Below are positions 24,251 to 32,000 of a DNA stretch of 32,000 bases, in pieces (the stretch's first letter is position 1; each line of letters begins with the position of its first letter). Location of the stretch: assembly GCF_003259895.1 (NCBI RefSeq), contig NZ_QLME01000001.1:26152-58151 (forward strand), read 5' to 3'. The DNA is from Halanaerobium saccharolyticum (GTDB lineage Bacteria > Bacillota > Halanaerobiia > Halanaerobiales > Halanaerobiaceae). Made by a program: the position numbers and the translations under genes. Below the pieces are notes generated by a model. The model saw only the letters and a list, made by a program, of their open reading frames with translations. It searched no databases and was not told the DNA's origin.

Positions 24251-25555
24251 TTATAAATCCCGGGCTGTCCAGAGACCGGTTGTCGGGTTGTCAATATAAA
24301 ATACTCGCTCAGCGTTGATCAAATTATTGAATCCATAATCAAACTGCGAAATTGGGTAGCGGGCAAGTGCTTTATCCAGGGGCAGACAACTGTGATTTAC
24401 CCCCTCTACTTCCTCCCGACTCAATTTATCAGTGGCAAAAGTGACTTTAAACCTGCCCTCAGTTGAGCCATGGATTAAGTGTGCTGCAGCTGATAAATTA
24501 TTTTTTAAATCAGCATTATTCTCGACTTCCTGCCTGATCTGCTCACTACCTCGATATCCATATTTTCTAATTAGCTGATCAACTTCTTCGTATTCTCCAA
24601 ATTCCTTTAAGCCGGGAGCGATTACAATTAGCTCCCCTCCGTCAGCAATAGCCAGTCTGGTTCTATAAATTGCCTTACAGCTTAACCAGGTTGATTTAAA
24701 TTCTTTTTTGTCCATGTAAACAACTACCTTTTCCAGCGGCTCGGAGACTTTAGTTATATTGTGCTTCTGACTTAATTTAACCGCCCACTTAAATATTTCT
24801 TTATCCCGACCAATATAAAGACCCAGCAGATCAGTCGTTCCGGTCTCTTTATTAACTTCGGTAGAATTAACAGTTAAAATATAATCAACATTTACATTTT
24901 TTAAGAAATGTTCTTCTGCATAATCATATAATTTGCGGACAGGAGTCTCCCCTCTGCCAAGTAAACGCTCTATCCCATAAACAGCACCCAGATAGTGAGA
25001 GATATTTATCATTTCTGCGCCACCACAGCCGACAAAAATATTTTTGTTGAAGTTTGACATACCAACAACCCCGTGGGGTAAAACCTGACCAACAGAGATT
25101 ACAAGATCATATTCGTCATTGACCAGTCTTTTATTTATTTTGACTTCAATTGACCTCTGCAGCTTCCCCTCAGAAATATTTTCGACAAAATCAGCGGGGA
25201 TTTCTCCTATTTTCTGAATTTCATTTTTAAAGTCATGAACCAGAAAATTATCAGGTGGAATCTCCTGGCCAAACATATCTCTTATTTCCTGTTCGGTCAT
25301 TGCTTTATGGGTTCCCAGGGCCGGCATAATATCAACTTGATAATCAGCCTGCAAAAGATTATATAATTCCCTGGTCAGTCTACCCGAACCCGAGTGTTTC
25401 CGGGTATAATCAGGTGGTACAATTAATATCCTGTCAATATCAGAAGCAATTTGAGCTGCATATTTCCTTAACAGTTCTTTTTCTTCTGCAGTCGATATTC
25501 TGTTAGAAACAGTTTTTCTTTCCAGGGCGAAACTTTTATTATTAATTTTTAACAC
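24251..25555 (-). CDS. LarA-like (DUF2088, lactate-racemase N-terminal domain) putative nickel-pincer-dependent 2-hydroxyacid racemase/epimerase
   Basis: 434 aa. The segments PPDYTRKHS, ALGTHKAM, VLPHGVVGMSNFNKN and NISHYLG line up by eye with the L. plantarum LarA motifs SDHTRP, ATGFHRP, ESHFFAGFSGGRK and ANHS. The start is uncertain: the GTG at 25555 directly abuts AGGAGG. Confidence 0.6.
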   Translation of the reverse strand: MLKINNKSFALERKTVSNRISTAEEKELLRKYAAQIASDIDRILIVPPDYTRKHSGSGRLTRELYNLLQADYQVDIMPALGTHKAMTEQEIRDMFGQEIPPDNFLVHDFKNEIQKIGEIPADFVENISEGKLQRSIEVKINKRLVNDEYDLVISVGQVLPHGVVGMSNFNKNIFVGCGGAEMINISHYLGAVYGIERLLGRGETPVRKLYDYAEEHFLKNVNVDYILTVNSTEVNKETGTTDLLGLYIGRDKEIFKWAVKLSQKHNITKVSEPLEKVVVYMDKKEFKSTWLSCKAIYRTRLAIADGGELIVIAPGLKEFGEYEEVDQLIRKYGYRGSEQIRQEVENNADLKNNLSAAAHLIHGSTEGRFKVTFATDKLSREEVEGVNHSCLPLDKALARYPISQFDYGFNNLINAERVFYIDNPTTGLWTARDL

Positions 25556-26492
25556 CTCCTGCTGAATTATTCTCTAACATTGCAATTAAATTTCTGGTGG
25601 CTGCAGCTGCCATTTTCTCCACTGCCTCTTTTGTATTGGCACCCATGTGGGGAGTCAGCAGAAAATTATCAAGTTCTAACAATTGATGTTTACCTGGAGG
25701 TTCTTCCGAAAAAACATCACAGGCTGCTGACTCAAGCTCATTGTTTTTCAGTGCCTGATATAACTCAGCTTCATCAATCAGACCTCCCCGGGAAGTATTG
25801 ACCAGCACAGCATCACCTTTCAGGAGGGAAAGTTCTTTTCTGGAAATGAAATTTTGGGTTTCCTTATTTAAGGGTAAATGCAGCGAAATAAAATCTGCTT
25901 CCTGCAGCAGTCTATCCTTATCCAGCATCTGCAGCTTATATTTTCTGATGAATTGACTATCATCAAAATAGGGGTCATAGACTTTGATAGACTTAAATAT
26001 TCCAGCAGCTCTTTTTACTACTTCTCTGCCAATTTTTCCACAGCCAATTAAACCTAAAGTCTTGTCAGTCAGTTCTACTCCTTTGATCCGCTTCCACTCC
26101 CCTTTTTTTACGCTTTTAACTGCCTGAGGCAAATTACGGGCAGCTGCAAAGATCAGACCCAGAGCTAACTCTGCTACAGAAACATTATTGGTGCCGGGAG
26201 TATTGTCCAGTTTAATGTTTTTCTCTCTGGCAGCTTCCAGATCAATATTATCCATTCCCACCCCATATTTAGAAATTGCTCTGAGATTGGAAGCATTTTC
26301 AATTACCTTGCTGCTGATTGGATCAATACCAATTATGATTCCAACCACATCTTCTGCTAAATTGAGCATCTGTTTTTCAGTAAAAGTTTTTCCGGTATCA
26401 TTAAAAATCGGCTGATAATCTCCCAGCAGCGGCATCATTTTATCTCTAATTTTGTAATATGATTTTGGGGTAATCAAAATTTTTTCTGACAA
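25542..26492 (-). CDS. D-isomer-specific 2-hydroxyacid dehydrogenase (PGDH-like)
   Basis: NAD motif GLIGCGKIGREV, NTSRGGLIDE and TPHMGANT (catalytic His). TTG start at 26492 with GGAGG 7 nt upstream. 316 aa. Confidence 0.85.
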   Translation of the reverse strand: MSEKILITPKSYYKIRDKMMPLLGDYQPIFNDTGKTFTEKQMLNLAEDVVGIIIGIDPISSKVIENASNLRAISKYGVGMDNIDLEAAREKNIKLDNTPGTNNVSVAELALGLIFAAARNLPQAVKSVKKGEWKRIKGVELTDKTLGLIGCGKIGREVVKRAAGIFKSIKVYDPYFDDSQFIRKYKLQMLDKDRLLQEADFISLHLPLNKETQNFISRKELSLLKGDAVLVNTSRGGLIDEAELYQALKNNELESAACDVFSEEPPGKHQLLELDNFLLTPHMGANTKEAVEKMAAAATRNLIAMLENNSAGGVKN

Positions 26493-26538
26493 CTTTATTC
26501 CTCCTATAGGTTATTCCATTTGTTTTTCTATTTAATGA

Positions 26539-27279
26539 CTAATCCATTAGAAATCCACCATTGACATCAATTATTTCGCCAGTGATAAAACTGGCAGCAT
26601 CTGATAAGAGGAAACTTACAGCTCCTGCAACATCTTCCGGCTGTCCCAGCCTCTTAAGTGGAATCTCAGAAATTATTCGCTTTCTTTTTTCTTCCGACCA
26701 TTCTGAACTCATATCGGTTTCTATTGCATGGGGAGCAACTCCATTAACTGTAACATTATAGGGAGCTAAATCTCTGGCAAATGTTTTAGTCATTCCATCC
26801 AGGGCTGCCTTGGAGGGACCATAGCCTGGAGCAGAAGTTATATCTCCCATTTTGCCAGCTATAGAAGAGATATTTACAATCCTTCCCTGCTTCTGTTCTT
26901 TAAATTGAGGCCGTAAATATTTGCAGAATAGAAATGCACCTCTGGTATTTACTGCAAAAACCTGATCCCAGTCAGAGATACTTATTTCTTCTCCTACTCT
27001 TCTTTTGATAATCCCCGCATTATTTACCAGGGCCTCAATCTGACCGTATTCTTCTATAACTCCCTTAACCACTCTTGCAACATCTTCTTCCCTGGCTACA
27101 TTGCAGTGTTTAAATCTGTACTCTCCCTCAAAATCAGAACTCTTTTCTTCTAATTTCTGACCTTCATCCTGATTAATGTCACATATTACTGCAGTAAAAT
27201 TATTTTCAACCAATCGGTCAGCAATTGCTCTTCCAATCCCATTAACAGCACCTGTTACAATTGCAACTTTAGTTTCCAT
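26539..27279 (-). CDS. Short-chain dehydrogenase/reductase (FabG-like)
   Basis: TGAVNGIGRAIA cofactor motif, NNAG, and YGPSKAAL catalytic YxxxK. 246 aa. Confidence 0.85.
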   Translation of the reverse strand: METKVAIVTGAVNGIGRAIADRLVENNFTAVICDINQDEGQKLEEKSSDFEGEYRFKHCNVAREEDVARVVKGVIEEYGQIEALVNNAGIIKRRVGEEISISDWDQVFAVNTRGAFLFCKYLRPQFKEQKQGRIVNISSIAGKMGDITSAPGYGPSKAALDGMTKTFARDLAPYNVTVNGVAPHAIETDMSSEWSEEKRKRIISEIPLKRLGQPEDVAGAVSFLLSDAASFITGEIIDVNGGFLMD

Positions 27280-27327
27280 TTAAATCTCCTTTCTTAAGCT
27301 TAAATTAGATCTTAATCTCAAATCATC

Positions 27328-28608
27328 TTAGTTAAAAATCAAATTCGGTAAAAATATTACTAATTGAGGAAAAAACACTAACAAGATTATGACTGAAAAT
27401 AATGCTAATAAAAATGGATAACTTTCTTTCATATATTCACCAACTGAGCATTCCATCACCGAGCAGACTGAGTACATGGCAACTCCAACCGGAGGTGTTA
27501 ACAATCCCATGGCACAGATTATAACCATCACTACTCCAAAATGTACAGGGTCAATTCCAATTCTGGTAATTACAGGCACCAGAATTGAGGTTAAAAGCAA
27601 GATTATAACTGTTGAATCAATGAACATTCCCAGAAAGAATAAAAATGTGAGGATTATTAAAAATATTACCTGAGGACTGTCGCTAATATTTAATAAAAAA
27701 CTTGTTAAAATAACAGGTATTCTGTCCCAGACAATTCCGTAGCTAAATAGTGAGGACAGCGATATTAAAAAGATGATCATTCCTACATCACCAATTGTAT
27801 CCTTAACCGAATTGACAAATCGCTGCCAGCTCAGTTCTTTATAGATCAGGACTCCAATTACAATTGCATAGACTGCTGCAAATGAGCCAGCCTCTGAGGG
27901 AGTCATTAAACCAAATCTTAAACCAACAATTAAAATCACCGGAAATAAAAGGGCCCAGATGCTTTTAATAAAAGTTGGTATAATTTCATCAATCGAGGCC
28001 ATTTCTTCTCTTTCTGGAGCATAGCCTTTTTTCCTGGAGGTGATAGTAACAGCAATCATTAAAAAAGCCATCATCATTAATCCAGGCACAATTCCACCTG
28101 TAAAAAGTCTTCCAATTGAGATTTCACCAATGTTTCCATAAAGCACCAGACCAATCCCCGGAGGAACCGCGATACAAATCAGGGCTGAAAAACCAATAAT
28201 TGCAGCTGAATAGCCTTTTTCATATCCCTTTTTTGTCATATCCGGCCCCAAAATTCTGGCCTGCATTGAAGAATCGGCAATTGCAGATCCGGATACTCCT
28301 CCCATTAAGGTACTTAATACTACAGTAACCTGAGCCAGGGTTCCATATAAATGGCCGGCCAGTACTGACGCTAAATCTAATAATCTGCTAGTAATTCCTG
28401 TATTATTTAATAAATTTCCGGCCAGCATAAACATGGGTATTGCCAGCAGAGTAAAGCTCTGTGTTTCTGATAAAACTAATTGAACTGGCATTGTATAGGG
28501 CAGTGCCGGTTCCTGCATGAAAAAGAAAAACCCGGAAATTCCAATTGCAAAAGCAACGGGCATCCCCATTATTAAAAATAATGCAAATATAATTATTACT
28601 TCCAGCAT
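27328..28608 (-). CDS. dctM: TRAP transporter large permease subunit
   Basis: 426 aa polytopic membrane protein of the size and composition typical of DctM, next to DctQ-like and DctP-like genes. Confidence 0.85.
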   Translation of the reverse strand: MLEVIIIFALFLIMGMPVAFAIGISGFFFFMQEPALPYTMPVQLVLSETQSFTLLAIPMFMLAGNLLNNTGITSRLLDLASVLAGHLYGTLAQVTVVLSTLMGGVSGSAIADSSMQARILGPDMTKKGYEKGYSAAIIGFSALICIAVPPGIGLVLYGNIGEISIGRLFTGGIVPGLMMMAFLMIAVTITSRKKGYAPEREEMASIDEIIPTFIKSIWALLFPVILIVGLRFGLMTPSEAGSFAAVYAIVIGVLIYKELSWQRFVNSVKDTIGDVGMIIFLISLSSLFSYGIVWDRIPVILTSFLLNISDSPQVIFLIILTFLFFLGMFIDSTVIILLLTSILVPVITRIGIDPVHFGVVMVIICAMGLLTPPVGVAMYSVCSVMECSVGEYMKESYPFLLALFSVIILLVFFPQLVIFLPNLIFN

Positions 28609-28627
28609 TTATTATCTTCCTCCTAAA

Positions 28628-29155
28628 TTAATCACTTAATTGATCTACCTTTTCTTTATCTTTCATTTTAAGAGATGCTGCCTCTTTTGTTTTATAGACC
28701 TGACGCATTTTATTAACTGTGGAAATTAATAATAAAATTGAGCCAATGGGTACACTGAGGGTTGCCCAGGCATAACTGAGCTCCGGGATCCCCTGGAATG
28801 TTCTAAATCTCGTATTATAGGTCTGGATAAAACCAAATCTAATTAGATAGCCCAGAAAAACAACAATAATTAAGTAATTTGCTAAAGTAATATAGTACTG
28901 AGCTTTTTCCGGAAGTTTTAATACTATAAATTTTACACTTAAATGTCTATCCTGCCGCATCGCAACATCTGCACTAAAAAAAGCTGCCCAGGCAAAAAGA
29001 AAAGCAGAAATATCAATCGCCCAATTTAAAGGATGCCCTACTGCCCTGCCGATAGCGGACAGAAACACAATTATCATAATCAAAACTAAGAATACTCCTG
29101 AAATTATTTTTTCGACCTGACATATTTTATGATAAATATTTTTAGCAGTCTCCAA
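28628..29155 (-). CDS. dctQ: TRAP transporter small permease subunit
   Basis: 175 aa with 4 hydrophobic helices, located between the DctP-like and DctM-like genes. Confidence 0.8.
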   Translation of the reverse strand: METAKNIYHKICQVEKIISGVFLVLIMIIVFLSAIGRAVGHPLNWAIDISAFLFAWAAFFSADVAMRQDRHLSVKFIVLKLPEKAQYYITLANYLIIVVFLGYLIRFGFIQTYNTRFRTFQGIPELSYAWATLSVPIGSILLLISTVNKMRQVYKTKEAASLKMKDKEKVDQLSD

Positions 29156-29212
29156 CTATAAACCTCCTTAAGAACCCCGGCCAATTTTGACCGGGGCCAG
29201 CCTTATTAATTT

Positions 29213-30196
29213 TTACTCTATTGCTTCCATTTCTTCATAAATTTGCTCTCGCTCATCCATCAAATCTAATTCCTCATAGGCCTGCATTCCGGCTTCTCTA
29301 AATGCTTCCAGATCAACATCTTCCACAATAGTCATTCCTTCTTCCTGCACAGTCTGCTTTATTTCTTCAGTCTGTTCGGCTAATTTGCGGGAAGTTTCCA
29401 GACCGGCTCTATTGGACTCTTCAACTAAGACCTCCTGATAAGCTTCGGGTAAGCTCTCAAACCACTGATTACTTACAACCTGAAAGTTAACTAATAAAAA
29501 ATGTCTGGTTTCATTTACATAATCTAAAACTTCAAATAAATTTCCAGCAGGAATATTACTGTAAACTAACTCTGCTCCATCAACAGAACCCTGCTGAATA
29601 CCTGTATAGATATCACCAAAATTCATTGCTGTCGGCACAGCACCTAAAGCCTCAACCGACTGATGCCAGATTGGTGCAGGGGGTGTCCTGATCCTTAAAC
29701 CATCCAGATCCTCCGGACTTCTGACAGGTTCATTTGTCATAAAATGCCTGAATCCCTGAACCCAGGAGAAGGAAAGAATTTTAATTCCATATTCTTCTGC
29801 CAGTTCTTCTTCCCATTTTTGCATTGTCGGTGTCTGACGTAATTTTTCTACATCTTCTATTGTGTCAACAAAATAAGGAGCGTTAACCACTGCCAGTCCG
29901 GGCACATAACTGCCTAACCTTGCTGCATCAGTATTCCAGGCTATAGGTACTCCAGATCTCAGCTGTTCCAGAACATCTTCCTCTACTCCTAATTGCGAAC
30001 TGGGAAAAACCTCAATCTGCAAATCTCCATCAGTTCTGTTTTCTACCCTTTCTGCCATGTTTACAAAACCTTCGTGAAAGGGATGGCTTTCATTTAGAAC
30101 ATGCCCATATCTTAATGTATACTCCTGGGCTGAGGCTGAAGCGGTGAGAACCAAAAGCAGTGATACTAAAACTACTAAACTCAAAATTTTCTTCAT
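29213..30196 (-). CDS. dctP: TRAP transporter substrate-binding protein
   Basis: 327 aa with a signal peptide (LLLVLTASASAQE) followed by the DctP-like start YTLRYGHVL. AAGGAGG RBS. Confidence 0.85.
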   Translation of the reverse strand: MKKILSLVVLVSLLLVLTASASAQEYTLRYGHVLNESHPFHEGFVNMAERVENRTDGDLQIEVFPSSQLGVEEDVLEQLRSGVPIAWNTDAARLGSYVPGLAVVNAPYFVDTIEDVEKLRQTPTMQKWEEELAEEYGIKILSFSWVQGFRHFMTNEPVRSPEDLDGLRIRTPPAPIWHQSVEALGAVPTAMNFGDIYTGIQQGSVDGAELVYSNIPAGNLFEVLDYVNETRHFLLVNFQVVSNQWFESLPEAYQEVLVEESNRAGLETSRKLAEQTEEIKQTVQEEGMTIVEDVDLEAFREAGMQAYEELDLMDEREQIYEEMEAIE

Positions 30197-30253
30197 AATT
30201 TAAAATCCTCCTTATTATTTTGCAAAATCAATCCCAATTGTGGACTTTTAGAA

Positions 30254-30287
30254 CAAAAAAAGAGACCGGGAAAAATAAATTTCCCGG
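30254..30287 (-). terminator. Rho-independent terminator upstream of the TRAP operon
   Basis: CCGGGAAA (30266-30273) pairs with TTTCCCGG (30280-30287). A plus-strand A-run at 30254-30261 gives the U-tract on the minus strand. Confidence 0.65.
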
Positions 30288-30310
30288 CCCATGGCCCCAG
30301 GTTAGTCTTC

Positions 30311-30556
30311 TTATTTGACTTTTTTGATCTGTATAACAAAATTTTCTTTTTGCCCTTTGACTAAAACCTTTTGATGTTTAAAAAGTTTATATATCTTATC
30401 TCCAGGTTGAAACTTCACTAAATCTGTCAGCTCTTCTTTATAATTTTTACTCAAAAAAGATCCCTCCCGGGAACCACCAAGACTAATTAAACCGACTGTT
30501 TGAAAGATTCTGATTTTTGAAACAAAAAGGGGGTCTTTAAAATTTACACCCTTCAA
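30311..30556 (-). CDS. Hypothetical 81-aa ORF, possibly the 3' part of a decayed small gene
   Basis: The frame is open but the only start is a TTG with no RBS. A strong orphan RBS lies ~95 nt upstream (30651-30659) and a terminator follows (30254-30287). I recognise no family with confidence. Confidence 0.3.
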   Translation of the reverse strand: MKGVNFKDPLFVSKIRIFQTVGLISLGGSREGSFLSKNYKEELTDLVKFQPGDKIYKLFKHQKVLVKGQKENFVIQIKKVK

Positions 30557-30744
30557 CGAATGTGATATAATTATTTAGTATTAACCCTAACAGAACAGCG
30601 CCAACTGAAATCTGTTACCCTTTTTATCTAATCTACTATCAATATTTAATCCCTCCTTTGTCTGCAAAAAGAGCAAGGGATAACTCTGTCCATTTATTGT
30701 TTCTGGACTTTAGTTTATAATTATCACATTTCAAGTTTATTATA

Positions 30745-30759
30745 GTTCTAATTTAGAAC
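30745..30759. promoter_or_regulatory. Palindromic operator candidate GTTCTA-ATT-TAGAAC upstream of the XRE gene
   Basis: Perfect 6-bp arms at 30745-30750 and 30754-30759, about 70 bp upstream of the ATG at 30828. Confidence 0.4.
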
Positions 30760-30827
30760 AATGTCAAGCTATTTTTATAAGTTTTTTTGTTAATTTTAAT
30801 TATTCGACAAAATTGGAGGAATTTTTT

Positions 30828-31181
30828 ATGACTTTCGGTGAAAACCTCAAAAAAGCTCGCAAAAATAAAGGTTTTACACAAAAAGATCTGGCAGAAATCG
30901 TGGGAATTAAACGCTCAACCATTGCCGGCTATGAAAGCAAAGATCAGGAACCAGCTTACAAAGTACTGAAAAAAATTGCTAAAGCATTAGACTGCAGCAT
31001 TGATACCCTGCTTGCTGTTGATTATGATAATTATAAAGTAAGTGAAAGTAATGTAACTAAAGAAATACTACATAATGATCAACTTAAATTATTATTTAAC
31101 GAAATACGAGAGATGTCTAATGACAAAATTGAGTTTTATAGAAATTTGATCAAATTTATTGAGTCTGAAAAAAATGAGTGA
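30828..31181 (+). CDS. XRE-family helix-turn-helix transcriptional regulator
   Basis: FGENLKKARKNKGFTQKDLAEIVGIKRSTIAGYESKDQEP is a canonical Cro/C1 HTH. I moved the start to the ATG at 30828 (GGAGG 8 nt upstream). The ORF-track TTG at 30813 overlaps that RBS. Confidence 0.85.
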   Translation: MTFGENLKKARKNKGFTQKDLAEIVGIKRSTIAGYESKDQEPAYKVLKKIAKALDCSIDTLLAVDYDNYKVSESNVTKEILHNDQLKLLFNEIREMSNDKIEFYRNLIKFIESEKNE

Positions 31182-31195
31182 GTTTAGTAAAAGAA

Positions 31196-31234
31196 AACTC
31201 CTGTCAGCAATCGTACAAATGACCAACAGGAGTT
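31196..31234. terminator. Hairpin terminator between the convergent XRE and SIS genes
   Basis: AACTCCTGT (31196-31204) pairs with ACAGGAGTT (31226-31234). The A-rich tract upstream gives a U-tract for the minus-strand gene. Confidence 0.6.
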
Positions 31235-31295
31235 CTTAATTATCTATTCTTTTTAGTTTTACCCGATACAAATTAAATAAGCTGATGTATCCAGT

Positions 31296-32000
31296 TTATA
31301 AGTCTTTAATTCTTTTCCCATACTTTTGAGCCAATTTTTTATTATCTGCATCTGCTCCATCTATATTACCACTTTTATAAACTGGTATTTCCAGATCTTT
31401 TTCTTTCATAATTGCAATGACTTCGGCAATAATACCATTAATAATATAGGAAGCTGCAATAGTGGAAGCCGGAACAGCCTTTGTTATTTCAAAATCTATT
31501 ACTGCATCTCCATAAGGAGTATGGTTATCAAGCACATAATCTGCCACTTCAAATAATCTTTTCCCACTCTGATGTCTGGAGTCATTAGCTTTAGAATATT
31601 CTAGAGAAGTAAGAGCAATTACTTCTAAACCTTCTTTCTGGGCTTTAAGAGCTGCATCTATAGGGACAGAATTACGGCCAGAATTGGAAACCACCACCAT
31701 TAAATCTTTTTCCTGCAGCTCATAATTATCTAGAATAATCTCTCCATAAGCTTCTAAACGCTCCATCTTAGTGCTTTTAATAGCACCTTGATCCAGCATA
31801 ACTCCCGAGTCAAAAATTGGGCTCATAACTGCCAGTCCTCCAGCTCTGTAAAAAACTTCTTCTGCCAACATATGAGAATGACCTGAACCAAAAACATGGA
31901 TTATACCCTCATTATTAATTGTTTCTACAAACTTTTCTGCTATTTTCTTTACTTTATCTCTTTCATTTTTATCGATTGCTTTTATAATCTCAGATATTTT
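31296..32000 (-). CDS. SIS-domain protein (UPF0309-like sugar-phosphate isomerase/binding family); the N-terminus lies outside the window
   Basis: The reading frame continues in phase upstream of the ORF-track Met to the window edge (...AEKFVETINNEGIIHVFGSGHSHMLAEEVFYRAGGL...). VVSNSGRNSVPID is a SIS phosphosugar-binding loop. Confidence 0.8.
   Translation of the reverse strand, partial: KISEIIKAIDKNERDKVKKIAEKFVETINNEGIIHVFGSGHSHMLAEEVFYRAGGLAVMSPIFDSGVMLDQGAIKSTKMERLEAYGEIILDNYELQEKDLMVVVSNSGRNSVPIDAALKAQKEGLEVIALTSLEYSKANDSRHQSGKRLFEVADYVLDNHTPYGDAVIDFEITKAVPASTIAASYIINGIIAEVIAIMKEKDLEIPVYKSGNIDGADADNKKLAQKYGKRIKDL

Noticed and set aside
23748-24294. ORFs 23748-24041 (plus) and 24091-24294 (minus)
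   Set aside because: The first is antisense to the SDR gene. The second spans the intergenic spacer and overlaps both neighbouring genes with no convincing start context. I kept only the repeat observation for this spacer.
25580-27673. Plus-strand ORFs 25580-25801, 26188-26415, 26561-26761 and 27476-27673
   Set aside because: These are antisense to the dehydrogenase and DctM genes, with no RBS or motifs.
31326-31556. 76-aa plus-strand ORF inside the SIS-domain gene
   Set aside because: This is an antisense shadow ORF with a Cys/Ile/Phe/Asn-rich, low-complexity translation.
1-32000. Search for CRISPR arrays, tRNA/rRNA genes, IS elements, integrases, phage genes or long direct or inverted repeats
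   Set aside because: By eye I found no spaced identical repeats, no cloverleaf-like GC-rich segments and no transposase- or integrase-like translations. Without a computational repeat scan, short or diverged repeats could have been missed.

Overview
This is a low-GC, Firmicute-like chromosomal segment. The gene content and the acidic secreted proteins suggest a halophilic fermentative anaerobe of the Halanaerobium type, but that is inference only. Nearly all genes are on the minus strand, are tightly packed and have strong GGAGG ribosome-binding sites. I saw no tRNA or rRNA genes, CRISPR arrays, transposases or integrases.

The window has six blocks:
1. 1-5933: an oligosaccharide locus with a partial GH3 beta-glucosidase, a CUT1-type ABC transporter and a LacI regulator.
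2. 6333-6961: a gene-decay zone where a GH31 hydrolase remnant and an internally deleted YesN/AraC-type response-regulator remnant abut head to head.
3. 7345-10045: a hydF-aspA pair, a [FeFe]-hydrogenase maturation GTPase plus aspartate ammonia-lyase.
4. 10131-20111: the most interesting block. It is a complete, re-ordered homologue of the E. coli orphan yhfZ-yhfY-yhfX-yhfW-php-yhfU-yhfT-yhfS cluster, which to my knowledge has no assigned substrate in any organism. Here it carries an extra short amidase-signature-like gene and a trailing MetE-like (YxjG-type) gene. Upstream lie a recognisable promoter and paired inverted-repeat operators.
5. 20202-30196: a stand-alone NagB-like deaminase, then a regulator-less TRAP-transporter operon. 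That operon encodes three NAD(P) dehydrogenases, a LarA-like (DUF2088) putative nickel-pincer epimerase, an FGGY kinase and a KDPG-type aldolase, with no dehydratase.
6. 30254-32000: a probable decayed small gene, a divergent XRE regulator, and a SIS-domain gene (partial; its 5' end is outside the window).

All homology statements come from my own reading of the translations and from remembered family motifs. No database search was run.
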